A DNA stretch of 64,000 bases, taken from contig CAWBWI010000001.1 of the NCBI GenBank assembly GCA_963792585.1, positions 1,696,001 through 1,760,000 of the forward strand. Reading direction: 5' to 3'. This DNA is from Candidatus Eiseniibacteriota bacterium (GTDB taxonomy: Bacteria > Eisenbacteria > RBG-16-71-46 > CAIMUX01 > VGJL01). Made by a program: the position numbers and the translations under genes. Shown one piece after another: positions 1 to 9,963 of the stretch (position 1 is its first letter; each line of letters begins with the position of its first letter). A model generated the notes under the pieces. It was not told the origin of the DNA. It saw only the letters and a program-made list of their open reading frames with translations, and did no database searches.

Positions 1-2
1 TC

Positions 3-419
3 CGAGCATCGGAGAACCGACGGGGCCTGCCGAGCGCGGTGCTCAATCTGGCGAAGGTGCACCAGGCGGAGGGAGACCTGGTGACGGCCTACGAGCGGAT
101 GTTGGAGAGCCTCGCGGGCGCCCGTGACCGGGGCGATCACCCCGCGATTGCCGACAATCTGGAATCGATCGCCCAGCTCTGGGTTGCAGATCGGCGTTTC
201 GATCGCGCCGCCCGACTCCTCGGGGCCGCCGAGGTGCTGAGAGAGGCACACGGGCAGTCGATCCACCCACTAGGACTGCCCGACCACGACCAGGCCGTCA
301 TGAGGGCCCGGGAGGCGCTCGGCGATGAGGCCTTCCGGAGCGCCCAAGCGTCGGGGCGCGCGATGGACCTCGAGCGCGCGATCGCTCACGCGTTCGAGCC
401 CGGCGAGGCGGATCGCTGA
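3..419 (+). CDS. 3' part of a TPR-repeat protein (C-terminus typical of ATPase/TPR regulators), truncated by the window edge
   Basis: Frame open from base 3 to TGA at 417-419. Helical TPR-like repeats and 'RAARLLGAAEVLRE...REALGDEAF..A...GRAMDLE.AIA.A' resemble the tail of COG3903-type ATPase-TPR proteins. Confidence 0.7.
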   Translation, partial: RASENRRGLPSAVLNLAKVHQAEGDLVTAYERMLESLAGARDRGDHPAIADNLESIAQLWVADRRFDRAARLLGAAEVLREAHGQSIHPLGLPDHDQAVMRAREALGDEAFRSAQASGRAMDLERAIAHAFEPGEADR

Positions 420-432
420 GAGGCCGGTTCCT

Positions 433-1185
433 CTAGAAACGGACCGAGAGGGAAGCGCGCATCTCCCCCGTCGACGGATTCCACGCGAACGCGGGCGACG
501 CCCCGTGAGGAGTCAGCTCGGCCTGCTCGTCCCCTCCTGTGAAGACGAATTGCTGGAGAAGGAAGAGTCCGAAGAGGCTCCCACCCACGATCGCGAAGGT
601 CTGCGCCTTGCTGTCGTGATCCTTGGCGTCCTGGTACTTCTCCTCGGCCTCGTCCTTGCGGTTCGCGTTGAAGAGTTCTTTGTACTCGTCGTAGCTCGAA
701 TTGCCCTTTGAGTTCTCATTCAGCGCAAGCCCGCCGACGGCAGCGGCGCCGATGAGGCTTCCCCACTTCAGGAATCCACGAAATGCGGATCCACCACCCG
801 TCCCGGCAGGGGTCGACGCCTCGCCACGCCGGGGCTGCTTCGTCGCCCCCGACGCGGGCGCTTCGGACTCCGTCCCGCCCGGGATCAGTTCATCCGCGGA
901 GATGACCTCGAGGAACTTGGTGGCCGCCCACCCGAGGGTCCCGTCCTTGAGTCGGATTTGCGTCCAGTCGCCCTGAACCTCGATGAGGGTTGCGGTCGCG
1001 TCCTTCGTCAGGGAAGCGACGATCGCGTTTGTGGTGCCGGGTCCGCTTCGGACGTTCAGACTCGTGGCTATGACCCGCACTTGCTTCTCGTTCTTCCCCG
1101 AGTCCTCCGCAAATGCCATCGAAGGAAGCAGCCACTGGGCGGAAAGCAGGAGCACCAGGATCCAGACACCCATTCTTCGAGTCAT
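433..1185 (-). CDS. Secreted SH3b-domain protein with hydrophobic C-terminal region
   Basis: GGAGGAG RBS before ATG 1185; signal peptide; 'SLNVRSGPGT...GDWTQIRLKDGTLGWAATKFL' SH3b motif; ends ...LSVRF. Confidence 0.8.
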   Translation of the reverse strand: MTRRMGVWILVLLLSAQWLLPSMAFAEDSGKNEKQVRVIATSLNVRSGPGTTNAIVASLTKDATATLIEVQGDWTQIRLKDGTLGWAATKFLEVISADELIPGGTESEAPASGATKQPRRGEASTPAGTGGGSAFRGFLKWGSLIGAAAVGGLALNENSKGNSSYDEYKELFNANRKDEAEEKYQDAKDHDSKAQTFAIVGGSLFGLFLLQQFVFTGGDEQAELTPHGASPAFAWNPSTGEMRASLSVRF

Positions 1186-1376
1186 CCCTTCTCCTCCGGG
1201 CGTTCCCGGTTCTCCAGGAAGCGGTACGCCCTCCGAAATGCCCGCGCGGATGGTACCAGAAGTCTCCAACCCCCGAAACCGGGAGAGGGAGGGCAGAGGG
1301 GTCCCCGGCACACCCCTTGACACCCCGGTACCCCGCACGACTACGATTCACTGTCCTTATCGGACAGGAGGTCCCC

Positions 1377-1916
1377 ATGCCCAAGAAGTCGTTCCTGACG
1401 GACATCAAGACCCTCCGAAAGCGCGCCCGGCAGCATATCGAGATGGGCGCGGTCACCCCGGGATACAAGGCGGACCTGAAGATCGCCGTGAAGATCCTCA
1501 ACGAAGCGCTCGCGACCGAGATCGTCTGCGTCCTGCGCTACAAGCGACACTTCTACATGGCGACGGGGATCAACGCCCAGGCCGCCGCACAGGAATTCCT
1601 GCAGCACGCGACCGAGGAGCAGGCCCATGCCGACCAGATCGCGCAGCGGATCGTCCAGCTCGGAGGCGAACCGAACTTCTCTCCCGAAGGACTCCTCACG
1701 CGCAGCCATGCGGAGTACGTGGAGGGGTCCAACCTGATCGAGATGATCCAGGAGGACCTCGTCGCCGAGCGTATTGCTATCGACAGCTACCGGGAGATGG
1801 TCGCCTTCTTCGGCGACGCGGATCCGACATCACGGCGAATGCTCGAGGGAATCCTCGCCATGGAGGAGGAACATGCGGACGACCTCGTGAACCTGCTCCA
1901 GGAGATCGGTTCCTAG
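1377..1916 (+). CDS. Bacterioferritin / ferritin-like diiron protein
   Basis: AGGAGG RBS; 'LNEALATE...EEQAHAD...EDLVAERIAI...EEEHAD' has the paired ExxH ferroxidase ligands. Confidence 0.85.
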   Translation: MPKKSFLTDIKTLRKRARQHIEMGAVTPGYKADLKIAVKILNEALATEIVCVLRYKRHFYMATGINAQAAAQEFLQHATEEQAHADQIAQRIVQLGGEPNFSPEGLLTRSHAEYVEGSNLIEMIQEDLVAERIAIDSYREMVAFFGDADPTSRRMLEGILAMEEEHADDLVNLLQEIGS

Positions 1917-2039
1917 AACCGACGAGGGTTCGGCGGACGCGATCCCGCCAAGCGGCTACCGGGTTTGACAGTCGCTCGTCAAAGAGTCGAGAATTGGTGT
2001 GCCTTCCCGGCGCGGTGCAGGCAAGAAGCTGGAGGATTG

Positions 2040-4970
2040 GTGAACCCTGAGCCCAGCGACCGCTCCTTTCCGATGCACGAGCGGGATTTTCGCTTTCTCG
2101 TCGAGAACACGGAGGACGTGATCGCCGTCGTCTCGAGCGACGGTATCGTCGTCTATGTGAACCGGCGCGGGATTGCGCGACTCGGCGCTTCCGCCGATGA
2201 CGTGATCGGCCGTTCACTCCCGAGCATGATCGCTCCGGAGGAGGTCGAGCGGGTCACGGAGATCCGGGCCGCGCGGCACGCCGGACGCCCCTCCCCACAG
2301 AGGTATGAAACCTGCGTCATCCTACCGGGAACCGGTCGGATCGAGGTGGAGGTCACCGCTACCCCCACGGAGTGGAACGGGAAGCCGGCGGATGTGATCA
2401 TCCTGCGGGACATCTCGGAGCGCAGGAGGGCGGAAGAGCAAATCCGGCACCGGGAGGCCATCTTGCGCAGCGTCGCCGCGGCGGCGGAGAGCCTCGTCCG
2501 CTCGATTTCCTGGAAGGATGGCATCCAGGAGACCATGGCCATGGTCGGCAGGGCCGGCGGGGTCGATCGCGTCTTCGTCTGGGAAGCCGCCCGTGAGCCG
2601 GATGGCGAGATTCGTATTTGCTGGGCACGATCCTGGGCAAGCGATCGCTACCCCGGGGGTGCCTCCGGCTTGCTCTACGAAGGACTCCGGCTGCGCTCCT
2701 CGGGGTTTGACAGGCACATCGACGGCTTCCAGCGCGGGCGGATCCTCGCCGAGCCGCTGGACAGATACCCCGAACCGTTCCGCTCGCAATGGGCAGCGGC
2801 GGGCATTCGGGCGATACTCGCGGCGCCCATTCTCGTCGACGGCGAGTGGTGGGGCGTGCTGGGGTTCTCGGACTGCTCGGCCGAACGCGAATGGTCGGCA
2901 ACCGAGATCGACGCGCTTCGGGTCCTCACGAGCATCCTCGGCGCCCTCATCCGGCGGGAACGGATCCGTGAGGACCTCGCGATGAGCGAGGAACGCCTCC
3001 GGCAGACCGTGGAGCAGGCCCCGGCGGGCATATTCATCGCCGATGAGCGAGGACGCTATATCGAGGTCAATACAACCGCGTGCCAGATGCTCGGATACAG
3101 CCGCGATGAGCTGCTTCGGCTGACCGTCTACGATGTGACCCCACCGGAGTTCCGCGAGCTTGGCGCGACAAGTTTTGAGAGGGTGCGAAGTGGTGAACCG
3201 GTGATCATCGAGAGCGCGCTCCTCTGCAAGTCCGGGGTCTCTCTTGCGGTCGAGATCAACGCGAAGCGCCTCTCCGATGGTCGGCTGCAGGCGATCGTCT
3301 CCGACATCACCGAGCGCAAGCGCACACAGGATGAACTCCGTCGTCGCGACGTGATCCTGGAGGTTGTCAGCACCGCCGCCGAGCGCTTCTTGAACTCCAC
3401 GGTCTGGGAGGAGCAGATCGGCAAAGTCCTCGAGCAACTCGCGGGGGCGACCGGCGCCGATCGCGCCTTCCTGTACGAGAATCAGACGGACGCTCATGGC
3501 GTCCTCCGGACGATTCGGCGATACGGCTGGTTGGACCCCGACTCGAAGGGGACGGTCGCCGCCCAGGCGACGACCGGCTACCCGCTGGCGGACCTGGGAC
3601 TCACCAGAGAGCTCGGCATTCTGCGCTCGGGACGGATTCTCCAACTGGAGAGCAAGGATGCGTCCCCACCGCTGGCCAAGGTCCTCGAGCAGATCGGCAT
3701 CCACGCACTCACCTTGGTGCCGATCCTCGTCGAAGGGGACCTCTGGGGCTACTTCGGGCTTGCCGAGAGCGGGGCGACGCGCACATGGCTCCGCGTCGAA
3801 CTCGACGCGTTGCGGATCGCCGGTGACATCCTCGGGGCCCTGGTCCGCCGAAGGCGGGTCGAGGCTGCGTTGCGCGCCAGCGAGCAGAAGTACCGGACAC
3901 TCGTCGAGGGAACGAAGCAGTCCATCGTGATGATCGACCGCTACGGGGTCTTCCGGTTCGCAAACACCACTGCGGCGACCCGCCTCGGCACGACCCAGGA
4001 AGCGATCACCGGCAAGACGATGTGGGAGCTGTTCCCTCAGAAACTCGCCGACGAGCAGATGGACATCCTGCGCCAGGCGATCGACGAGCGAGAGCCGGTG
4101 GTCGTCGAGCGGGCGACCATCGTGCAGGGCACGGAGCGGTGGCACGAGACGCGCATCCACCCGCTCGTCGACGACGAACGCCGGTGCGAATCCGCGCTCG
4201 TTCTGATCAGCGATATCGGCGACCGGAAGAGGGCCGAGGCGGAGATCATCTCCTACCAGAAGAGGCTTCGCTCGCTCTCCTCCGAGCTGATGCTGGCCGA
4301 AGAGCGGGAACGGCGGAGGATTGCTGCCGAGTTGCACGACCGGATCGGGCAGTCCCTCGCAATTGCAAAGATGAAACTGGGCGCCGCGCGGCAGATGAGT
4401 GCGTCGGAGCGAATGAACCAGATCCTCGACGAGATGCGCCGACTCCTGGATGAGACGATTCAGGACACTCGACTGCTGACTTTCGAGATCAGTCCCCCGA
4501 TCCTCTACGAGCTTGGCTTCGAGCCCGCTGTCGAGTGGCTCGCGGAGAGATTCCACGAGCGTCACGGGATTGAAGCTTCCTTCCTGGACGACCGCCAACC
4601 GAAGCCGCTCGGAGCCGACCTCCGCGTCTTCCTGTTCCAGGCGGTTCAGGAGCTCCTTCTCAACGTCGTCAAGCACGCAAAGGCGCGGTCGGTTCGGGTG
4701 AGCGTGCGCAGAGAGGGGGAACAGATCGTCGTTGGCGTGGCCGATGACGGGATCGGATGCGATCCCGTCCAGATCGCTGCGATCGGCTCGACCCATGTCG
4801 GTTTCGGGCTCTTCAACATCCGCGAGCGGCTGGGACTCCTCGGCGGAAGGCTCGAGATCGAGTGCTCCTCGGAAGGCGGAACCATGGCCTGCCTGCGGGC
4901 GCCGCTCCGCACAGGAACCCCCACGGAGGGAGGAACGAGAGATGGGTCTGAGAATCCTACTGGCCGATGA
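2040..4970 (+). CDS. Cytoplasmic PAS-GAF-PAS-GAF-PAS sensor histidine kinase (HisKA_3 / NarX-like)
   Basis: GGAGGA then GTG at 2040; PAC 'DISERRRAE' motifs; GAF 'APILVDGEWWGVLGF'; H-box 'ERRRIAAELHDRIGQ'; 'QELLLNVVKHA', 'DDGIG', 'GFGL' boxes; no TM segments seen. Confidence 0.92.
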   Translation: MNPEPSDRSFPMHERDFRFLVENTEDVIAVVSSDGIVVYVNRRGIARLGASADDVIGRSLPSMIAPEEVERVTEIRAARHAGRPSPQRYETCVILPGTGRIEVEVTATPTEWNGKPADVIILRDISERRRAEEQIRHREAILRSVAAAAESLVRSISWKDGIQETMAMVGRAGGVDRVFVWEAAREPDGEIRICWARSWASDRYPGGASGLLYEGLRLRSSGFDRHIDGFQRGRILAEPLDRYPEPFRSQWAAAGIRAILAAPILVDGEWWGVLGFSDCSAEREWSATEIDALRVLTSILGALIRRERIREDLAMSEERLRQTVEQAPAGIFIADERGRYIEVNTTACQMLGYSRDELLRLTVYDVTPPEFRELGATSFERVRSGEPVIIESALLCKSGVSLAVEINAKRLSDGRLQAIVSDITERKRTQDELRRRDVILEVVSTAAERFLNSTVWEEQIGKVLEQLAGATGADRAFLYENQTDAHGVLRTIRRYGWLDPDSKGTVAAQATTGYPLADLGLTRELGILRSGRILQLESKDASPPLAKVLEQIGIHALTLVPILVEGDLWGYFGLAESGATRTWLRVELDALRIAGDILGALVRRRRVEAALRASEQKYRTLVEGTKQSIVMIDRYGVFRFANTTAATRLGTTQEAITGKTMWELFPQKLADEQMDILRQAIDEREPVVVERATIVQGTERWHETRIHPLVDDERRCESALVLISDIGDRKRAEAEIISYQKRLRSLSSELMLAEERERRRIAAELHDRIGQSLAIAKMKLGAARQMSASERMNQILDEMRRLLDETIQDTRLLTFEISPPILYELGFEPAVEWLAERFHERHGIEASFLDDRQPKPLGADLRVFLFQAVQELLLNVVKHAKARSVRVSVRREGEQIVVGVADDGIGCDPVQIAAIGSTHVGFGLFNIRERLGLLGGRLEIECSSEGGTMACLRAPLRTGTPTEGGTRDGSENPTGR

Positions 4971-5589
4971 CCATCGGATCATGCGCGAAGGATTGCGGGC
5001 GCTCCTCCAGGAGCAGCCCACGATGACGGTCGTCGGAGAAGCGGAGAACGGCCGCAAAGCGGTTCAGCTCGCGAAGGAACTCACACCCGACGTCGTGATC
5101 ATGGACGTGACGATGCCCGAGATGAACGGGATCGAGGCGACCACGCAGATCAAGGCCGCCATCCCCGGAGTTCGCGTCATCGCCTTGTCGATCCACACGG
5201 ATCGACGCTTCGTGATCCAGATGTTTCGGGCCGGAGCGTCAGGATACCTGCTGAAAGACTGCGCATTCGAAGAACTGACCCGCGCGATTCGTACCGTCTC
5301 GGACGGCCAGGCTTACCTGAGCCCCGGCATCGCCGGCGTTGTTGTCGAGGAGTTTCTTCGAACGCTGGCGAGCGACGGGGGTACGGGGGTTCCGTCGCTG
5401 AGCGGCCGCGAGCGGGAAGTCCTCCAACTCACCGCCGAGGGACGGAGCATGAAGGAGATCGCTTCGGCCCTGCATGTCAGCGTCAAGACCATCGAAACCC
5501 ACCGGCGTCAGATCATGAGCAAGCTGGGCGTGAACAGCGTCGCAGAGTTGACCAAGTACGCGATTCGGGAAGGTCTGACTCCCCTGTAG
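4942..5589 (+). CDS. NarL/FixJ-family response regulator (REC + LuxR HTH)
   Basis: 'ILLADDH...DVVIMDVTMP...GYLLK' and 'LSGREREVLQL...SVKTIETHRRQIMSKL'; overlaps the kinase 3' end. Confidence 0.95.
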   Translation: MGLRILLADDHRIMREGLRALLQEQPTMTVVGEAENGRKAVQLAKELTPDVVIMDVTMPEMNGIEATTQIKAAIPGVRVIALSIHTDRRFVIQMFRAGASGYLLKDCAFEELTRAIRTVSDGQAYLSPGIAGVVVEEFLRTLASDGGTGVPSLSGREREVLQLTAEGRSMKEIASALHVSVKTIETHRRQIMSKLGVNSVAELTKYAIREGLTPL

Positions 5590-5660
5590 ACGCACTCCCC
5601 CTGCGGCCCCTCGCTGCCCGGACATCCGGTTGGCAGGCTAAGGATTTTGGACCTGCGAAG

Positions 5661-5675
5661 TCAGGATCTGCCTGA
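5661..5675. promoter_or_regulatory. Inverted repeat TCAGG-N5-CCTGA, candidate NarL/LuxR-type binding site
   Basis: tcaggatctgcctga about 70 bp after the response regulator stop. Confidence 0.3.
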
Positions 5676-5966
5676 TTGCCGATTCATCCGCCAGAGTCGA
5701 TGCTCCTTTAGCCGGGGTTGGATAGGTTCACTCGGAACCTGGGCGAGCATCCCAATCCGCCGAGAGCATGGAATTGCTGACCGACCGGAGGGGCTCGCGA
5801 TCGTGGTGTCGGGCGATACCGTTGACTATGTGACAGTGCCTGACGTCTTTTCGTCATACGTCTGATCTACCGCCGGTTGCGGATGGGAAAGTGGGGGTCG
5901 GTGAAAGCCGGCCCCCACTGTTTGTGGCCCCTGGGACTCCCGACACCGTGTATTCTCACAACAGCC

Positions 5967-6758
5967 ATGAACCGACCGCTTTGTGTCCACGATCAGTCCA
6001 TCCTCGAGGCTCACCTTCGGCGAAGTCCGATCCTCCACTTGTATGAACTCGGCGATCTCGATGAGTTTTTCTGGTCGCACACGACCTGGCATGCCCTCCC
6101 GGAAGGGGACGGTCTCGCGGCCTCGACACTCGTCTATTCGGGGACAGATCTCCCCGTTCTGATTGCGATGTCCGAGGATCGGTCCGGTCGGATGCGGCAG
6201 TTGCTGGACGGGATCCTGCCCTTCCTCCCATCGCGCTTCTACGCCCACCTGACCGACGGGTTGGACGAGGTCTTCAACACGGACTACCGGATCGAACCCC
6301 ATGGCGCCCATCTGCGGATGAACCTGGCGCACCCGGAGGTCGTGGCGAGGATCGATGGCCGGGGCGCGACGCAGCTTGGTCGAGCGGACCTGGAGGCCAT
6401 TGGCGGCTTATATGGAACCGCATATCCGGACAACTGGTTCGATCCTCGCATGCTCGACACCGGCGCATACCACGGCATCCGGGAAGACGGACGGCTCGTC
6501 GGCGTCGCCGGCGTGCATGTCTACTCCCCCGCCTACCGCGTGGCCGCCCTCGGGAACATCGCGACCCATCCGCTCCATCGGGGGCGGGGCATCGGCGGCG
6601 CCGTGACGGCCTCGGTTTGCCGCTGGCTTCTCCGCACGACCGACATTATCGGCTTGAACGTCCGGGAGGACAACGCGGCCGCGATCCGTTGCTACGAGCG
6701 CCTTGGATTCGAGACCTATGCGGGGTACGGCGAATACCTATTGGAGCGAAAACGGTGA
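5967..6758 (+). CDS. GNAT-family N-acetyltransferase (FR47-like C-terminal domain)
   Basis: 'IATHPLHRGRGIG' acetyl-CoA motif A; 'NAAAIRCYERLGF' motif B. Confidence 0.88.
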   Translation: MNRPLCVHDQSILEAHLRRSPILHLYELGDLDEFFWSHTTWHALPEGDGLAASTLVYSGTDLPVLIAMSEDRSGRMRQLLDGILPFLPSRFYAHLTDGLDEVFNTDYRIEPHGAHLRMNLAHPEVVARIDGRGATQLGRADLEAIGGLYGTAYPDNWFDPRMLDTGAYHGIREDGRLVGVAGVHVYSPAYRVAALGNIATHPLHRGRGIGGAVTASVCRWLLRTTDIIGLNVREDNAAAIRCYERLGFETYAGYGEYLLERKR

Positions 6759-8629
6759 TGGACGCGTCGAAAGATCCTCGCGCCGCGTACGAGGACAGGC
6801 TGAAAGCACGGGTCGCGCTTGCGCGCTCGCTATCGAGGCGGGAGGGCGCGATCGCCAACGCCCGGCTGCTCCTCTTCGGAGCCTTCTTTCTCCTCGCATG
6901 GCTCGGCTTCATCAGCCGCGGCATTTCCCCCGCTTGGTGCGCGCTCCCGTTGGCGCTCTTTCTCTGCCTGGTCGTCGTCCACGATCGCGTGATCCGGGCG
7001 CGCAAGCGGGCGGAACGCGCCGTCGCCTTCTACCGGCGCGGCCTCGCACGGCTCGATGACGCATGGGTGGGCACGGGGGAGGCGGGAACGCGGTTTCTGG
7101 ATGCCGCACACCCGTATGCGGAGGACCTCGATCTGTTCGGACGCGGGTCACTCTTCGAACTGCTCTGCGCCGCCCGCACGCTGGTGGGTCAGCAGACCCT
7201 GGCCGACTGGCTTTGCAATCCGGCGTCTCCCGCCACGATCAGAGAACGGCAGCCGGCGGTTGCCGAGTTGTCCTCGAAGATCGACCTGCGGGAAGACCTG
7301 GCCGTGCTCGGCGAGGCTGTCCGCGAGGGAACCGATCCGCACGCCCTGACCGCCTGGGCGTCGGCGCCCGAACGTAGGCTCGGGCGGGAGATCCCCATCA
7401 TCTCCACGGCCCTCACCGCGCTCGCCGTCGCCACCCTGCTCGCGTGGACCCGCTTCCACGCGGGACCCCTGCCCTTCGCCGGGGTAGTCTTGCTGCAGAT
7501 CTTCTTCCTGCAGCGATGGCGGCGCCGGATCGCCACCGTCCTTGCGGCGGTCGAAAAGCCGGGCAGCGAGTTGCAACTGCTCGCGCAGACGATGCGCCGG
7601 CTGGAGGCGGAACCGTTCGAGGCGCCGCGATTGCGAACGCTTCGATCCGCACTCGATACCGAGGGCCTTCCGCCTTCCAAGCGGATCGCCGGGCTCGCGC
7701 GGCTCCTCGATCGGGTCGAATGGGCTCGCAACGCGATCTTCGCACCCCTCGCGCTGATCCTCATGTGGTCCCCCCACCACGCCTATGCGATCGACGCCTG
7801 GCGCGGCCGCTACGGCGCAGCGATCGCCCTGTGGCTGGATGCGCTCGGAGAGTTGGATGCCGCTTGCTCCCTGGGCGGGCAGGCATTCGAGCGCCCCGCC
7901 GACTGCTTCCCCGAGATCGTCGACGGGGATCCCGTCTTCGATGCGGTCGGACTGGGCCACCCTCTTTTGCCCGAGTCGCAGTGCGTCCGCAATGACGTGC
8001 GTTTGGGCGAAGGGCTTTCGCTCTTGATCATCAGCGGGTCGAACATGTCGGGTAAGAGCACCATGCTCCGCACCGTCGGCGTGAACTCCATCTTGGCGTT
8101 CGCGGGCGCCTCGGTGCGCGCGCGAAGCCTGCGGATCTCGCCTCTCGCGGTCGGCGCATCGATCAGCCGCCACGACTCATTGCAGGAAGGCACGTCCCGC
8201 TTCTACGCCGAGATCAAACGGTTGCGCCAGATTGTCGATATCGCCGGCGGGACCATCCCACTCCTCTTCCTGGTCGATGAGATCCTGAACGGCACGAACT
8301 CCCACGATCGGCGGATCGGCGCCGAGGCGGTCGTTCGCGGGCTCGTCGATCGCGGAGCGATCGGAATGATCACGACCCACGATCTCGCCCTGGCACGGAT
8401 CGCGGAACCGCTCGCGGATCGCGCGGCCAATATCCACTTCGAGGACTCCATCCAGGACGGACGGATCGCCTTCGACTACACGATCCGCCCCGGGATCGTG
8501 CGCAAGAGCAACGCGCTGGCGCTCATGCGCGCGGTCGGGCTGGATGTCGGAACGAAGGACGACGCCGCGTGGCGCGGCTTTGCGGAAGATAGCGCACCGA
8601 CCGACCCCGAGCCGGAGGGGATCCTCTAG
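6758..8629 (+). CDS. Membrane-anchored MutS-family ATPase (domain V; lacks the mismatch-binding N-terminus)
   Basis: TGATG coupling to the GNAT gene; hydrophobic helices near the N-terminus; 'SGSNMSGKST' Walker A, 'SRFYAE', 'LVDEILNGTNS' Walker B, 'TTHDL'. Confidence 0.88.
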   Translation: MDASKDPRAAYEDRLKARVALARSLSRREGAIANARLLLFGAFFLLAWLGFISRGISPAWCALPLALFLCLVVVHDRVIRARKRAERAVAFYRRGLARLDDAWVGTGEAGTRFLDAAHPYAEDLDLFGRGSLFELLCAARTLVGQQTLADWLCNPASPATIRERQPAVAELSSKIDLREDLAVLGEAVREGTDPHALTAWASAPERRLGREIPIISTALTALAVATLLAWTRFHAGPLPFAGVVLLQIFFLQRWRRRIATVLAAVEKPGSELQLLAQTMRRLEAEPFEAPRLRTLRSALDTEGLPPSKRIAGLARLLDRVEWARNAIFAPLALILMWSPHHAYAIDAWRGRYGAAIALWLDALGELDAACSLGGQAFERPADCFPEIVDGDPVFDAVGLGHPLLPESQCVRNDVRLGEGLSLLIISGSNMSGKSTMLRTVGVNSILAFAGASVRARSLRISPLAVGASISRHDSLQEGTSRFYAEIKRLRQIVDIAGGTIPLLFLVDEILNGTNSHDRRIGAEAVVRGLVDRGAIGMITTHDLALARIAEPLADRAANIHFEDSIQDGRIAFDYTIRPGIVRKSNALALMRAVGLDVGTKDDAAWRGFAEDSAPTDPEPEGIL

Positions 8630-9048
8630 GCCTTGGTCTCTTCCGAGGCGCCCGTCCGCTTCAGATCGACGGAGATCGAGTTGATGCAGTATCGCTGACC
8701 CGTCGGCGCAGGTCCGTCATCGAAGAGATGTCCGAGGTGCGAGCCGCAGCGGCTGCAAGTCACCTCCGTGCGGATCATCCCGTGGCTCCGGTCTTCGGTC
8801 AACGTAATGCGCTCGGGATCGATCGCATCGAAGAAGCTCGGCCAGCCGCAACCAGAATCGAATTTCAGGTCGGAGCGAAAGAGCTCCGCGCCGCAGCCCG
8901 CGCACCGGTAGACGCCCGGCTCGTGACAGTCCCAGTACTCCCCCGTGAAGGCGCGTTCGGTCCCCTTGCGTCGAAGCACTTCGTACTGCTCCGGTGTGAG
9001 TAGCTTGCGCCACTCCTCCTCGGTTCGCTCGAGTCTATCGTCCACCAT
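8626..9048 (-). CDS. msrB: Peptide methionine-(R)-sulfoxide reductase
   Basis: 'GTERAFTG', two CxxC Zn motifs, 'GCGWPSF', 'HLGHLF.DGP', 'RYCINS'. Confidence 0.96.
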   Translation of the reverse strand: MVDDRLERTEEEWRKLLTPEQYEVLRRKGTERAFTGEYWDCHEPGVYRCAGCGAELFRSDLKFDSGCGWPSFFDAIDPERITLTEDRSHGMIRTEVTCSRCGSHLGHLFDDGPAPTGQRYCINSISVDLKRTGASEETKA

Positions 9049-9063
9049 CGATCTCCTCTTGTC

Positions 9064-9963
9064 CTATGGTGTCGCGGGGCGCGCCCCATCGAGCACTTTG
9101 CGCAATGCCCGGATGTGGTCCGGAGTGGTCCCGCAGCACCCACCCACAATCGCGACGCCGATGTCGAGCAGCTCCCTTGCCCTCGCGGCCATGAATTCCG
9201 GCGTCTCCCGATAGACGATCGAGGTTCCGTCGCGTTCGGGCAGTCCGGCATTTGGCTGGATCAGGATCGGCAATGTCGATTGCCCGCGAAACTCGCGCGC
9301 CACTCCGATCATCGATTCGATCCCGCTCCCGCAGTTCGATCCGACCACATCCGCCCCCGCCTCGGCAAGCTCCCGCGCCGCGCCCTCGATCGTCGTTCCC
9401 ATCACCGTGCGGTAGCCGCGCGGCGTCGCGTCGAATGTCATCGTCGCAAAGACGGGGATTTCGGCGGAAACCGCGCGAGCCGCGGCGATCGCGAGCCTCG
9501 CTTCGGCGGGATCCATCATCGTCTCGATTGCGATCACGTCGGCGCCCGCCGCGACCAGCACTTCGATCTGCCTGTGGTAGCCGTCGAGAATCGCCGCGGG
9601 ATCGGCGTCCCCGTACGGCTTGAGGATCCGGCCCGACGGCCCCACCGACCCGGCGATCCAGGCGCGGCGACCGATCGCCGCGCGAACCCGCTCGACCGCA
9701 AGCCGGTTGATCGGCTCCATCGAGCCTTCGATTCCGTAGAGGGCGAGCTTCATCGGGGAACCGCCGAATGTGTTCGTCGTGACGAAGTCGGCTCCCGCGT
9801 CCGCATATGCCCCGGCAATCTCGACGAGCCACTCCGGATCGGTCAGGACGATCGACTCGGGGCAGACGCGCGGCTTCAGTCCGCGGGCGATCAGCATCGT
9901 CCCCAGACCGCCGTCGAACAGGAGTCGCTCGCCCGCCCGGAGTCGCGCGAGGATCGGGTTCAT
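9064..9963 (-). CDS. Homocysteine S-methyltransferase domain protein (stand-alone MetH/BHMT-like domain)
   Basis: 'LFDGGLGT', 'TNTFG', 'IETM', and Zn ligands 'GSNC' and 'GGCCGTTP.HI'. Confidence 0.92.
   Translation of the reverse strand: MNPILARLRAGERLLFDGGLGTMLIARGLKPRVCPESIVLTDPEWLVEIAGAYADAGADFVTTNTFGGSPMKLALYGIEGSMEPINRLAVERVRAAIGRRAWIAGSVGPSGRILKPYGDADPAAILDGYHRQIEVLVAAGADVIAIETMMDPAEARLAIAAARAVSAEIPVFATMTFDATPRGYRTVMGTTIEGAARELAEAGADVVGSNCGSGIESMIGVAREFRGQSTLPILIQPNAGLPERDGTSIVYRETPEFMAARARELLDIGVAIVGGCCGTTPDHIRALRKVLDGARPATP

Noticed and set aside
1317..1347. TTGACA...TACGAT promoter for the ferritin-like gene
   Set aside because: The spacer is 19 bp; plausible but not well enough supported to list as a feature.
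2322..5057. 911-aa minus-strand ORF, and similar long antisense ORFs (9115-11349, 13717-15387, 25456-27969, 37039-38973)
   Set aside because: Shadow frames of well-supported genes in GC-rich DNA; no motifs and no RBS.
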